From assembly GCA_977020255.1 (NCBI GenBank), contig CDROCS010002077.1, forward strand, positions 310,001 to 374,000: 64,000 nt of DNA, given 5' to 3'. Source of the stretch: Obrimoposthia wandeli. Taxonomy: Eukaryota. Positions within the stretch are counted from its first letter, which is position 1; every line of letters starts with the position of its first letter. Shown here one piece after another: positions 33,897 to 46,479 of the stretch. The position numbers and the translations under genes are program-made. Under the pieces are notes generated by a model, which made no database searches, was not told the DNA's origin, and saw nothing but the letters and a program-made list of their open reading frames with translations.

Positions 33897-34085
33897 ACTT
33901 TATTTTAATAAACTTACGGAGGATATTTTTAATATTACTAAATTCTAAAATTTATTTTTAACCTTGTTATTTTAATAAACTTAAGGAGGATATTTTAATA
34001 TTAAATTCTAAAATTTATTTTTAACCTTGTTATTTTAAAAAACTTAAGTAGTATATTTTAATATTACTAAATTCTAAAATAAATA
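33897..34085. repeat. Three tandem AT-rich repeats of about 62-67 bp
   Basis: The unit ttattttaataaactta..gaggatatttt.aatatt..taaattctaaaatttatttttaaccttg is repeated three times. Confidence 0.8.
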
Positions 34086-34109
34086 ATAATAAAAAGACAA
34101 CACAAGAAA

Positions 34110-35700
34110 CTAATGTTTATAAATTATATTTTTGAAAATCCTTACGAAGTCTTCATTGGGATCATCCGGGTCGTATTCCCTCCGACTTATTTTGATAGGA
34201 GAAAGCGGTACTGGTTCCTTCGTCTTTGGCCGGCCCGGTTTCTTTTTCGGCTTCACCGGTTGCTGTACAGCAATTGTCCTTCCCTCAGGTTTTGGCAATA
34301 GTTGCCGCAACTTTTTGGGAGGAGGTGCAGCCGATGTTGATGGCCTCGACATAGAAGCAGTAACCTTCCTCTTCCGCGGAGCTTTCTTCTGTTTCTCCTC
34401 TTTCTCACGCTGAAGCTGGCGTGAGACGGCATCCTGTTGCTCACGCTAATCTGGAAGCATTGCGGGTGTATCCAGTTCCGCCAGGAATTCATCCAAACCA
34501 AATAATTTACCTCGATGACTGGCAGATTAGCCTGTTTCACCAACTTGGCCTTCTTCCGATGGACCGTATTGGTTTTGATTCGATGACGTCGAGGTTTCTT
34601 AACTGCTGCTTGCTTCCTATCGACAGGTAGTCTCCGAGATGCCTCCTCCCAAATTTCCTCCACCAACTCAGCTTCCTAAGTGAATAATTAAATAAATTTA
34701 CTAATTTATAATGATATACCTCAATTTTAGCCGGAGTCGGTAGGTATCTCTGATCACTCCTGGGATCATCCTGGCTACATTGACTCGCCAAGTATTGCAG
34801 TTCAATTAGCCTCTCAATCGTGGTTACTGACGGTGCCAAATCCAGTTGCAGTTTCTGAAAATAAAATTAAAAATCATTTTAAATAAATGATTTCTAACCT
34901 CATTCGTCGCCTTTATTCTCCTATCGGAGATTGTGGCCTTCTGAATGGATCAGGCACTGTAATGTTGGGTATTGGAGTCGGAGTTGTATAGGGAGTGAGA
35001 CCATCCCATTCGTCAGTGAACAGATCCCACTCATCTTCATCCATTTCTGCAACCATGGACTCGTTGGCTCCTGGGGCTCCGATACTTGGCTGTATCCACT
35101 CCTCCTCCCCATCCGACGGAACGTCATCAGTAAAAAGCTCCTCGTCTGAGTCTGGTGTCAGTATTATCTCCGGTTGCCCACGCGAATCTGGAAGCATTGG
35201 GGGTGTATCCAGTTCCGCCAGGAATTCATCCAAACCAGCGTCATCCCAGGCCCTCTTCAAGTTTTGGCTGGTTGTTGGACGAGGAGAAGCAGTCTCCTGC
35301 AGGCGTTGTTGACTCGAGTGCGGACTTATCTCGATCGGCGAGACTGGGATCCTCTCATATAAAATAGGCCCGTCGTCCATTGGAGGAGGGAGAATCTCCT
35401 GCTGGCCAATCACCGCCTCAGAATAATGGCCAATTGAGGTTCGAATTTTTCTCGCGCGCCTCGTCTTCTTCACCTCTGCCCGCTTTGTCCTTTTCTTATG
35501 GAAAGGAGTAACTTCTCCTCAAGTCTCCTCAATTATCCGGACAGGTCCTGCAAATGAAAACAAAAATAAAATTTAAAATAAAATTTTATTTAAATAAAAA
35601 AAGCCTGTATTTATTACTCGTTGATCCACCGCGGGCCCGTAGGGCACGCTTTGGCCAATTTTTTGGCCTCTCAGGACCTTAATCAAAATTTTGGGAGCAT
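34110..35700 (-). pseudogene. Multi-exon gene for a low-complexity acidic/basic protein at the right end of Polinton 1
   Basis: GC-rich coding-like blocks are separated by 44-nt GT-AG introns (34898-34855 and 34719-34676; the exons flanking the latter are in frame). A few stops and frameshifts; the start is uncertain. Confidence 0.55.
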
Positions 35701-35787
35701 TATGAGATTTTTAAATTTACAGGGTGTTAAATGGAGTTAATTTTTTTTTTTGAGTGTTTGGGATGGGGAAGGGTAGAAAACGTTTCT

Positions 35788-35888
35788 ACACACTTACACG
35801 AAATTTCACTCCACACACATGCTCGGTTTTAAAGGACTGTAGGGGGGGGAGGGGGGTGTGTGGATTAGACCGGACACATCCACCTACT
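35788..35888 (-). repeat. Right terminal inverted repeat of Polinton 1
   Basis: Ends ...GATTAGACCGGACACATCCACCTACT, the reverse complement of the left end. Confidence 0.95.
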
Positions 35889-37129
35889 GACACTAATAAA
35901 TTATACACGCTTTTGCTGATTTGCAGAAATTAGTTTTTAGATTAAATCTTGTTGTTCTCTTCTCTTGTATTTGAATCAGTCCTCTAATTTCATGCTTGGT
36001 ATTTAACAGATGATTCATCATCATTGAGAATTCCTATTTTATTTTAAAATGACATATCACTTTCTTCAACATCGTTAAATTCAGTTGGATATTTTTTGGA
36101 ACATGTTGAGGCATTCGAGGACGTTGTAGATAGTGTCAATCCTGAAGATATCACTTGTGCGAGGGCAACATCTCAGAAGGTCATGCGCAAAGACAACATT
36201 AAACAAACTACTGCAACTGTATACAACAAAACTGTTAAGATTGTTGCATTCATCAATGAATTGATATTCTCAAAACAACTGGTACTAATGCAATTGCCGA
36301 TTTTACTAACAGAAAGATCAACTTTTGACGCTGAAATTGCAGTTAATCTGGACATAATATTAAACAAGAATCCAGGACTCAACTCTTTTACGTTTTGCAG
36401 GAAATAGCTGCAGAAGTTGAGGGAATATTTTATCTGAAGAGAACATTTTGACAGATGTAGTCTGGGCGAGGACAACCTCAAACAACTGGTCGGGTTGCTA
36501 CATAACAAGCCCCGGGTTAATTTTCTTTGTTATTTTAGTATAGTTTAGAATCAATTTTAATCATTTTGTTGTATAATTTGGAACCTTTTCTAGGTCTTAA
36601 AGTACTTATTTTCCGTATATGATACAGTTTTTGCTCGTATTCTCTTAGTGAACTTTTCTCGATTCTAAATTTAGAACATTTGGCAAAGGCCAAGTTTTGG
36701 AGGAAGTGGTCAAGTGGGACTGATAATGATTTTTAGCTGAAGTTGCTTCTGAAGAAATTAGTTGTACTTCACTGTGCAAATGTATTTTGGGTAGATTCTC
36801 AGCGTAGTATTACAACTTCTAAAATTCATCCATAGGGAGTTTTGAAAATGATTATATTTTTAGCTATTGTCCAAAGTATAATCTACAACTTTAAGAGCTG
36901 AATTACAGACATTAGCAGAAGTTATCTGTTTGAGGCCATCCGTAAGATTTAAAAAAATGTATTGGATCATAAAGTTGATATTTTGTAAATTCACCAATAA
37001 GAATAACTTAATACATTTAATGTATCACTACATCTAATAAATACACGATTTATTATTCAATATTGAATACATCTTTAATAATACATCCTAAATTCAATTT
37101 TGGCATCGATCGGCAGCAAAATGGGGATC

Positions 37130-37330
37130 CTTTAAATATCCTCTGTACAAGCACTTGTCTACAATTTGGATATAATTTCGACGACTTAGTTGACATGTTC
37201 TGAAATCATTTAATTGAAAATCGAGCCTTGAAGTAATAATGGCATGCGTTAACACTGTTATCTCAATGGTATGGAATTTTCTCATTTGATAAATATTTTC
37301 GATGTGCATGCTGCCAGCTCTTATCATTGT
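37130..37330 (-). mobile_element. L2-clade LINE fragment
   Basis: VLTHAIITSRLDF resembles the L2 motif LVHAFITSRLDY. Confidence 0.5.
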
Positions 37331-37429
37331 TTAGATTGACAAATCATGGTGCAACCAAAGTTACTCATGCTGCTTAAGATTCTAACTTACAATTTGACAT
37401 TTCTTCTGAATTAATAAATATTTGACTGA

Positions 37430-38280
37430 GACAAAAATGGAAAAATAACAACATCATTTTCTGATTTATATAAAGTTTTTTTATCGACAATCACTATTAA
37501 TAGAAATTATGAAAATGACATCAAAAGCTAATTTATTTATCAAGAAGGCGACTTGGCAGTTTACAATTAATTTGTAATAGTTGAACACAAATTCAATGTT
37601 TCCACGACCACAGAAAAGCGCGTTAGATAATAATAGGTCTGCATCAAGTTTAAGTGACATTAACGGGAAAATTCTATTTGACCAGTTACAATCAGAAATA
37701 ACGTTAAAACTAGCATTGTTTTTCAACTAATATCTTCAACTAAAGTGTATATTACAAAATACTAAAATAGAAAAAATTAAGTTTGAGTTTTAACTAAGAA
37801 CTACTGTTAAAAGGCAAGAAGATAGTTCTATTTAAAATGCACTATATTCCGGATTGACTTAATAATTTAAATGTAAATGAATTCATTCTTAATGGTTTAT
37901 TTATTATTGGAATTGTATTATTTAAGATATTTAAATTGTTTTTAAAAAATATGGAATACTACTAAAACTTTATTTATATAGTTTATTAAAATAATTAATT
38001 AAAGACTAAAATGTGTATATGACAAGTACATGTGTTCTATTCCCTATTTCAAAAAACAGGTCAGAACTTTGATTTCTCGTGTTAATTTGTGATTCTCTGT
38101 CAAGATTGTGTATTTACATGAACTCTGTAAACAATTATGTAACTCATTTCTCTCTATTTCGTCCTGTCTCTATTTTCACTCTATAATCCCCGAAAATAAT
38201 ATCTGTCTTTTTGATATTTATTATTAGGCTATTTATGGATTCGGTTCCTCATATTTCTGCTGTTTACTGAAATTGTATAC
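37430..38280. repeat. Dispersed repeat of about 850 bp, copy 1
   Basis: Nearly identical by eye, in direct orientation, to 46480-47310. Confidence 0.9.
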
Positions 38281-38819
38281 TTAATTATAAATATAAATAA
38301 AATATATGCGAAAATTTATAAATTTCTGTAATATACTTTCTTTATTATTTGTAAAATGTATTAGCATTATATTTCGAATTTTGCCGATTGAAAAAAGTAC
38401 ATGAACGATTTTCAGTTCATTCTCGATTTTATTACTTATAAATTAATAAATCTATTATTTATTACCCATGCTCAAATTACATGAATTCTTCGATAAAATG
38501 TACTTGAAAGTACAAATTAACATTCAAATAAAAGTGACTCAGAAAAATTGCTGAATCACGTAAGGATGTGACTTTTGAATTGGCCAATTAGGATCAAATG
38601 TTGGTTGTGCACTTCTAAGTGCTTGGTTATTGATAAATGTGTCATTAATTGTGCTGGATTGTTTCGTGGAGTTGGCTGTATCAAAACTGCAGTCTGGTGT
38701 AATCAGCTAAGATTTAGGTGTGTGTTGATGTTAGCAAAAAATAAAATGTAAGTAATTTCGTTACCTGTGCGAGTCTACGTTGGACATCTGCATCCGGATG
38801 TTACTGAAGCGGTTGTAAA

Positions 38820-41800
38820 CAGTGGTGGGATTCAAGGGTTCGCACCGGTTCGCGCGAACCGGTTCCTAAAAATATAAAAGTTCGCAGAACCGCCTGAACC
38901 GGTTCCTGGACTACCTTCTTCGACTGAAACGTACATAATCATCTGGATAAAAAAGATATAATTTTTTAATTCGTTGATTGAACGCATTATTTATTCTTAT
39001 TTATTCTTATATTAATATTAATGGGAAAGTCAAAATTTCGAAACTATTATTAAAATTCAGCAAACATTTAACTACAATATATTAATATTTAAACATAAAA
39101 AAATCCGAGCACAGATTTTTTTCATGTATATATAATATGGTGAAATGAACCTTCTACATATAACAATGGTTCAACCGTTTAAGTAAAATTGATAAATATA
39201 TTTTAATGATAAATTATATCGAGTGTTTTACATGTAATTTGTAATGGGATATTATAATATGATACACTAAATATTAAATTTATCACATGATACTGTTATA
39301 TAATATATTATTTCTTCAACAGATTAGCTCAATAATAATTAAGAATCATTTAATTGTAGATTTATCACCCTGTAATGAAGCGACAGCATAGTATAGCTGA
39401 TTTTTTTTCAAAATCTCCAAAGACTGATGGAAAGGAAAACTCTGAACAAACAAATTTCGCATCAGGTTCAGCAAGCGATAATATTTCGAAACAAGCAACA
39501 TCATCCGAATATCTAACATTACAGAAAGAAACTTGTGATAAAACATCTGAAAATGCAAATCTGCAAGATAAAGAGTATGAAATTGTTAGGAATAATGATC
39601 TTCCTGATTGTTGGAATGTGAAATAAGCCGAGATGTTTAAGCAGAAATACGATTGTTTAGTTGTTATAAACAAGAAACTAGGGTGTGATTCATGTGCCAA
39701 ATTTGATGCTTTAACTGGAAAGGATATACACATATCTAAAGAATGGAAGAAATGTAACGTTGAAGGACACGGGAAAAATAAAGCCGTTGAGCAGGCGTCT
39801 CTTAGGAAAAAAATGAACGACCATTTTACATCTAAAGCACACAATTTATGCGTTATGCATCTGAAAGAACGCGAAAATGATGGTATTACCAAAGCTATTG
39901 ATAAAATAAATGAAAAATTTAATAGCTCTACAAACAAAGTATTCAATACAGTTTATAGTATAGTAAAACGAAATCTACCGTTTTCTGCCGTTGAAGATGA
40001 AATTGAATTACAAATCAAAAATGGCTTAGATATGGGAGTAGGACTTCATTCTCGAAAAACTGCTGTTAAAATAGTTGATCACATTGCGAAAGAGATCAAA
40101 ACAAAAGTATTTGCTAAAATAATTCAACAAAATTTAAAAATTTGTGTTATCATTGATGAAGCTTCCACTATATCTAACAAGCCAGTTTTGGTAATTTTTG
40201 TAAAAGTTGAAGATAGTGAATTTTCGCCAACAATTTTTGTAGATTTAGTTCAGTTGGAGGGTCAGGATGCAGAAACAATATACACTACTTTGTTGAATAG
40301 TTTGAATAATGTAGGCTTTGATGACGAATATTTAACAAACAATCTAATAGCATTTTGTTCCGACGGGGCAAGTGTAATGCTTGGCAAAGTATCTGGTGTT
40401 AGCGCCATAATTAAACAAGGTTTTCCAGATATTATCATTTGGCACTATTTGAATCATCGTTTGCAACTCGTTTTGGATGATTCTATCAAAGATATAAAAC
40501 AGGTGAATCACTTCAAAACATTTATTGATGAAATTTACAAGATATTTCACCAGTCAAATAAGAACCAAATGGAAATTTTCAAAATTTCCGAACAACTTGG
40601 AATAGAAATTCTAAAAATTGGTAGAGTTTTAGGACCGAGATGGGCTGCTTGCAGTCTTAGATCAACAGTTGCAGTATGGCGTGCTTACCCAGCATTATTT
40701 GATTATTTTAGTAGCAAAGAAAAGTTCACAGGAATGGCCAAGCGTTTTGCAAACAGATATTTCCTTGAGGATTTAGCTTTAATGATAGATATATTAAAGG
40801 AAATATCATTACTTTCAAATGCTCTACAATGTAGAAATTTAAATTTGCCACGAGCCGAAAAGTTAATAAAAAGGTCAATCAAGGCGCTAGAAATGATGAA
40901 AGAAATGAAAGGTTCTTATGAAACAAAAATTGACGAGACTGTTGCTTCTGATGCATTTCTTCATATTAAGTTTGTTCAAAATAAGAAATATATTAACCTT
41001 CCTCGCCAAAGCCTGTTAGATTCTATTATAAAAAATATGAAACTAAGATTGATGGATTCTGATGAAATAAAAGCAAGCAAAAACTCCAAAGAAATTGATA
41101 ACAAAATTCACTGTTTAGTAAACATCGTTAGCCTTGAATCATGGGATATTGATGAAGTTGTTGTACCGTGGAAACAAGCTGAAGAAAAATTACCCGGATT
41201 CTATAAGCAGTTTCACCATAAAATATGCGTTAACGATTTCCGTGACTATGTAGAAAATGTTATATAAAACCATCCCAAAGATGTTCCTTCTACAATACAA
41301 AAAGCAAAAAATATTATTAATACAATTGCTTTGAGTTCTGCTGAAGCGGAACGCGGATTTTCAGTTATGAATGTGATATATAGCGATAAAAGGAATCGTC
41401 TTGAAGTTCAAAATGTCGCAAATCTTATGGTAATAAAGTTAATTGGTCTTCCTCTTAATTTATGGGATTCTATGGATTCTGTTAAAACGTGGCTAAGAAA
41501 ACACCACACAGCTGATGATAAAAGAGTGAAGCATTAAAATATGCGTTAACGATTTCCGTGACTATGTAGAAAATGTTATATAAAACCATCCCAAAGATGT
41601 TCCTTCTACAATACAAAAAGCAAAAAATATTATTAATACAATTGCTTTGAGTTCTGCTGAAGCGGAACGCGGATTTTCAGTTATGAATGTGATATATAGC
41701 GATAAAAGGAATCGTCTTGAAGTTCAAAATGTCGCAAATCTTATGGTAATAAAGTTAATTGGTCTTCCTCTTAATTTATGGGATTCTATGGATTCTGTTA

Positions 41801-42031
41801 AAACGTGGCTAAGAAAACACCACACAGCTGATGATAAAAGAGTGAAGCATTCATCTAATAGTTCTTATAATTCTAATGAATTATCAATCTGGAAATATTT
41901 GGAATATGATGGTAAATAAAATGATTAATTGGACTTGTTTATTATTAACCACACACGGAAAAATTGATTTAATTCCACATCAACCGGTAAATGAGCGAAC
42001 CGGTTGCTAAACAGTTTGAATCCCATCACTG
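38820..42031 (+). mobile_element. hAT DNA transposon (ZNF862/KIAA1586-like transposase), 3,212 bp
   Basis: TIRs CAGTGGTGGGATTCAA / TTGAATCCCATCACTG with a perfect 8-bp TSD, GTTGTAAA (38812-38819 and 42032-42039). Confidence 0.95.
39375..41919 (+). pseudogene. hAT transposase with two in-frame TAA stops and a duplicated 3' segment
   Basis: IIDEASTIS, AFCSDGASVM, HYLNHRLQL, RW and SSAEAERGFS (dimerisation domain). ORFs 39375, 39633 and 41331 are in the same frame. Confidence 0.92.
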
Positions 42032-42442
42032 GTTGTAAACTATAGATTCCAGCAGCAAGGAAGTACCTTTGCTATAAGAGTGTACAGAGATTTGGTTAGG
42101 AGAAAATCTCTTGGTTATGATTTTGTGAATTATAATCCTACAACTGAAGCAAATGCAACAATAGATCAAAGTAATTTCTTGAACAACTCAAAAGCACTTC
42201 TTGTTCTCGGTTATTATTCATAAATATTTTTGGATAACTTTTTAATATGGAGATCATTGCATGAAACATACTTTCTTTAAATTTCATATTAAAAAAGTTA
42301 TGATGTTTTTATCTGGAAATGCACAATGTCCAAGCCTATATTACATACGATCGAGGTTTTGAGACATAAATCAGCTAGTATTTCACTTATTTGACCATGC
42401 AACCAGCTTTCGCTGACCTCGAAGGTTACCCCACTGTTACAG

Positions 42443-42800
42443 ATTGCTGCTGACTCGTACAAGGGCTGCGGTCCCAACAATGCCTACTTCGTGGTGACTG
42501 CGACAGTGGTGACATTTGCATTGCCGCTGGCCATCATGGGAGTGACCTATGTGTTGACGGTGGCCTCCATAGTGCGGCAGACCGCCCAGGCCCGCTCTCA
42601 GCTGTCGCCGCCGTCGCCATTGCACTCCTCATCGGCCACAGCCACAGCTGCTGCCGCTGCCACCTCGCTGTCCTTGCCCACCGGTCTCGTCACCAGCAGC
42701 AGTGCGCGCTCCTCCCTCGTCTCCACTTCGCCAGCACCATCAGCTCTATGTCTCCCGCCGTCCTCGCCCTCGTTGCTTTCTAGGCTAGTCCACAAACCTT
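42443..42800 (+). CDS. Aminergic GPCR, exon 3 (ECL2, TM5, ICL3); 3' boundary approximate
   Basis: tacag|ATT is a phase-0 acceptor. The exon reads KGCGPNNAYFVVTATVVTFALPLAIMGVTY, followed by a Ser-rich ICL3. The donor is not resolved (must be phase 2). Confidence 0.8.
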
Positions 42801-43347
42801 TCGTGTGCGGGAAACCACCCGAAATTAGTCAATATGATCTGAGTAGACATGTTGCTGGTGTCCCAAATCATATTCATTCTTATAGCACCTCAATGTAACT
42901 ATTTATCTAACCATTTATCTTAGACAAGTCTTCAAACTGCTTCCAAAAATATCCATATTTCCAGCCGGTAGCTGATTAAACATTTTGAAATTGTCTATAT
43001 CTTGCATGATTGGAACGCTTTACAATGGACCAACGGTTTTCTTTGGGGTTGAGATCGGGACTATTTGATGACTACTCCATAAAACATTTGCCACTTAGAT
43101 CATGATTCTGTCCTCATAAAGTAGTGCATGGGAAGAAACGCTATCCTGCATAAGAACAAGCTGTGTTTGGCCAGACGTCTTTAGACCCTCCAATCAGCGA
43201 ACAAGAGTATCATTTAAAATCATTCAATGAGTAATTGAATTCATTTTAAGGCCATAAGACATTTGATATGAACCAACCAGCTTATTTCCAACAATTGGAG
43301 TCCAAACCATGACTTCTCGACTCTTGGGTTATTGGGAGAGATTACAA

Positions 43348-43410
43348 GCCGTGATGGTTTGGTGGTAGAATGCACAACTTGCAAGTAGTGAGATCTGTGG
43401 TGCAATTCTC
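43348..43410 (+). repeat. Degenerate tRNA-derived (SINE-like) sequence
   Basis: GCCGTGATGGTTTGGTGGTAGAAT resembles a tRNA 5' half with an A box; the B box is decayed. Confidence 0.35.
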
Positions 43411-43544
43411 TATTGCATTAACTAATTTTGTGTGGAACATAACAATATTATTATATTCCTAACTTAATATTTCGGTTGCATAAAAACTGCCACGACGCGA
43501 AGAGAACAGTTGTGACATACATAAAATACTTATTTTGTTGACAG

Positions 43545-43914
43545 GCAGTCCTCCTGTCGTGACTGGATTAGATCACGGAGCAGTGCTCATAAGAGAACTC
43601 TAGCAGCCATGAGCTCAGGCACCCGCGCGGTGCAAGTTCTGGGCATCCTCTTCTCGCTGTTCTTACTCTGTTACCTGCCCTTCTTCCTGGTGTACTTGCT
43701 CGACTTCTTCTGCCCCCCGTGTCGACCCACAACCGGACCCATGGTACCGCGCACGGAGTGGGTAGGCTACTCAGCCTCCATGCTCAATCCTATCGTCTAC
43801 CACCTCTTCAACCCCACCTTCCGCCGCACCTTCAACCGTCTCATGCGCGGTCACTGCTACCGGGTACGCAAGGCTCCCCCCAGTGTACACTCTCCTCGTA
43901 CTAATCTCCTCTGA
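43545..43914 (+). CDS. Aminergic GPCR, exon 4 (TM6-TM7, C-terminus)
   Basis: gacag| acceptor; RAVQVLGILFSLFLLCYLPFF and WVGYSASMLNPIVY..FNPTFRRTF (NPxxY). The pattern is closest to invertebrate 5-HT2 receptors. Confidence 0.9.
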
Positions 43915-46479
43915 CCTCAGCTACCTATAATCCCACGAGACATTGTACTACCCCCAAACTTGCTGGAATTCTTAAAGACTTTATCTACATCAGTAGACAC
44001 CAAAATAAGCTAACATAAACTATTTCCTCGAAACCGTTATATTTCAAATATGATACACCAAAAGACAATATTGAAAATTGATGTGCACTTTTTAGCTTTA
44101 AATAAATTAATCCAAACCAAATTACTGCATAAAACGAGAAAATATTATATCTAAATCAGTTATCCAATGACAAATTCAGGCTGAGGAAAAAGAAAGGATT
44201 AAATTGTCTTGGAAAATCTTTATCTTTTGCAATATTGGTAAAAGTTGTAGTTTGATATTCAAGTTAACCATTAAAAAACAAGGCTGTTTAGAGGTGTGTG
44301 TAAAAATAAATAAAAACATAACAATGATGTTAAAATTTGCGTGCAATGAGCAGTGTTTGCAAGTCAATTCTAGAAAAGTAATGTATAATATCACACGTAA
44401 CATTTTTTAATATTTCCCAAAAATGAAATGAAAAAAGATAACATAATAAATCATTTCTCTTTATTCGATTATATTTTTCCTTATTTCGGTTTTCACTATT
44501 TTAGGATTTGGAACTTTCTAAGTTTCTTCACTGATTTCAGATCAAAGATTCTTGTCGAATGCTGTACTCAACCTCCACTATGCCGACTTTCTTTAATTAA
44601 ATAATTTACTATTATCTTTGAAAATTATCATTTGATTTTCTGGAATTTGCACTTTGACCAAATTTTAGCCTCATTTGTTTGATTGACAGATCTTTAATCT
44701 CATGTTTATCTAACGTTTTTCTGAAGTGTTTCTTAAGATTGGAAATTGAGGCAGCATACGTATCTGTTCTTCTCATTTTCATTAACAGAAGCAAAATATT
44801 TTGTGTGTGTTTCCAAGTTGAGAATGAAATTAAATTTGCAGTATTTTTAAAATTATATGAATTCAATTCAATTAAAAAACATCTAAAACATGTTGTCAAA
44901 TGAAGTTACTATATATTTCACCAGCAAAGAAGCATACCTTGGAGGATAATGATAAATAGCAACGAGTTATATCTTATGAAATTATTTTTATAGAATTTTC
45001 CCTTTTTCGGTGTATTATTGTATAAATTTAGCAAACAATATTTCACTCTATTTTGTGTTTAAGGTATCGCCTTAAAATTTTAGATTAATTTAGAAGTATA
45101 TTAAAAAATCGATTTCTAATATAATTTATCACATATTTAACAAGTTTATAATTAAAATAAAAATTAGAATAGTTTAAATACATCAAATGAACGATCTTTT
45201 AATCCTGAGTTACTAATTCTTTAGATTATAAATAAAAGTTAAAACGAGCTTTTGATGAATTTTAAGATACGAGAATTTTACTTTATTAAACACATTAAGG
45301 GGATATTATAAACACGGGTTCGTTGCGATTTCAAACCATTTCTTATAAAAGTAACATTGATTAAATGAATCATTATCACTCAAGTATGTTTCCTTGTTAA
45401 CTAAGCTTCACTTCATGCAAAGACGAAAAGGGCAAAAGTCAAAATTGCAGGTGCGTATTAAAGTTGAAATATAACGGTATTTTGATATCCTTGGTTGCTC
45501 AAAAGTTGTACTAATTTACATATTTGATCGTAGTTGCTGTAAGTTTATCCATGAAACTTTCTTATTATTCATAAACACCTAAAAGTAACAAATAAAACTG
45601 ATGTATCTACAAATAGTTTACACGGTTTAGGATTATTAAATATTCACTACTTTGACATAAAATGTGCGAATTTGAATTGAACAAACAGAAGTAAAATTCA
45701 TTGAACAAATCTTGAATTAAATAATGACATCTTTATAAATCTCATTTATAAACTTTATCTTGTACAAATTTGCTTATTCTTGCTGTCGAAAAGATTCAAC
45801 TGTCTGAGGTTTGCACATGACTATGTTGAGACACAAAATGGGTTGCAGCTTATTCAACAATGTCTTCACTGACTCCAGACGAAGAGGCGTGATCCCTTCA
45901 TTATCCACGATTTTCTTGAAACTGATCAGCATTAACCAGCTCATAACACGGCAATCTCTTTTAAAAATAGAGTCGAATTTTGTCTGAATTGTCAAGCTTT
46001 GAATCAAAAATATGAATCAATGAAAAACTGACTTTTTCTTATAGGAAGAAATTCTTAATTTTATATCGCTTGATATAATTGAAATATATAAACGAAAATA
46101 GACAAGTGTGTTTTAATCCCACAAAAAACATTGTTAAAAGAAATTACCTCAGAAACGTGGTAAAATCGCGAGATTGATAATATTTGTTTACTTTAAACTA
46201 CAAAAAATCCTCAGTATTTAAGTCGAAAATAAAATCTAAAATTAAATTATTTGTCAGATCGATATTAAAATATCAAAATGTCCGATCCCAAGTTACAACT
46301 TTAAAACCCACATAGCTCATTTGTATCGGAATATTTAACTCTGATTTTTGTTCATATCGTCAACAATGCATAATCTTGGTACGTTTACAATTTTCTCTAT
46401 TATTGTTGTACTCATTCTGGCTCAAACATTTGAAAATTAATATTTGATAATTACTTCTACATTAATACATATTTTACTT

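Larger units (their letters stand above)
20000..35888. mobile_element. Polinton/Maverick (adintovirus-like) element 1, complete (15,889 bp) but decayed
   Basis: The ends are inverted repeats starting AGTAGGTGGATGTGTCCGGTCTAATCCACAC (31 nt perfect). The 6-bp TSD is GACACC (19994-19999) / GACACT (35889-35894). It encodes pPolB, integrase, ATPase, protease, MCP and penton, with many frameshifts and stops. Confidence 0.97.

Noticed and set aside
34990-35160. LxCxE retinoblastoma-binding motif in the right-end protein
   Set aside because: Only ELFTDD and DLFTDE are present, and the essential Cys is absent.
20000-35888. Element 1 as an active autonomous virus/transposon
   Set aside because: pPolB and integrase are frameshifted, the first integrase catalytic Asp is mutated, MCP has a deletion, and the TSD has one mismatch.
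36096-36508. ORFs just right of Polinton 1
   Set aside because: Only a faint resemblance to a hAT dimerisation-domain remnant; not enough to call.
39365-39946. 193-aa minus-strand ORF
   Set aside because: Antisense shadow of the hAT transposase, with no recognisable motif.
43348-43420. Functional tRNA gene
   Set aside because: The B box and acceptor stem are degenerate; at most a SINE-like remnant.
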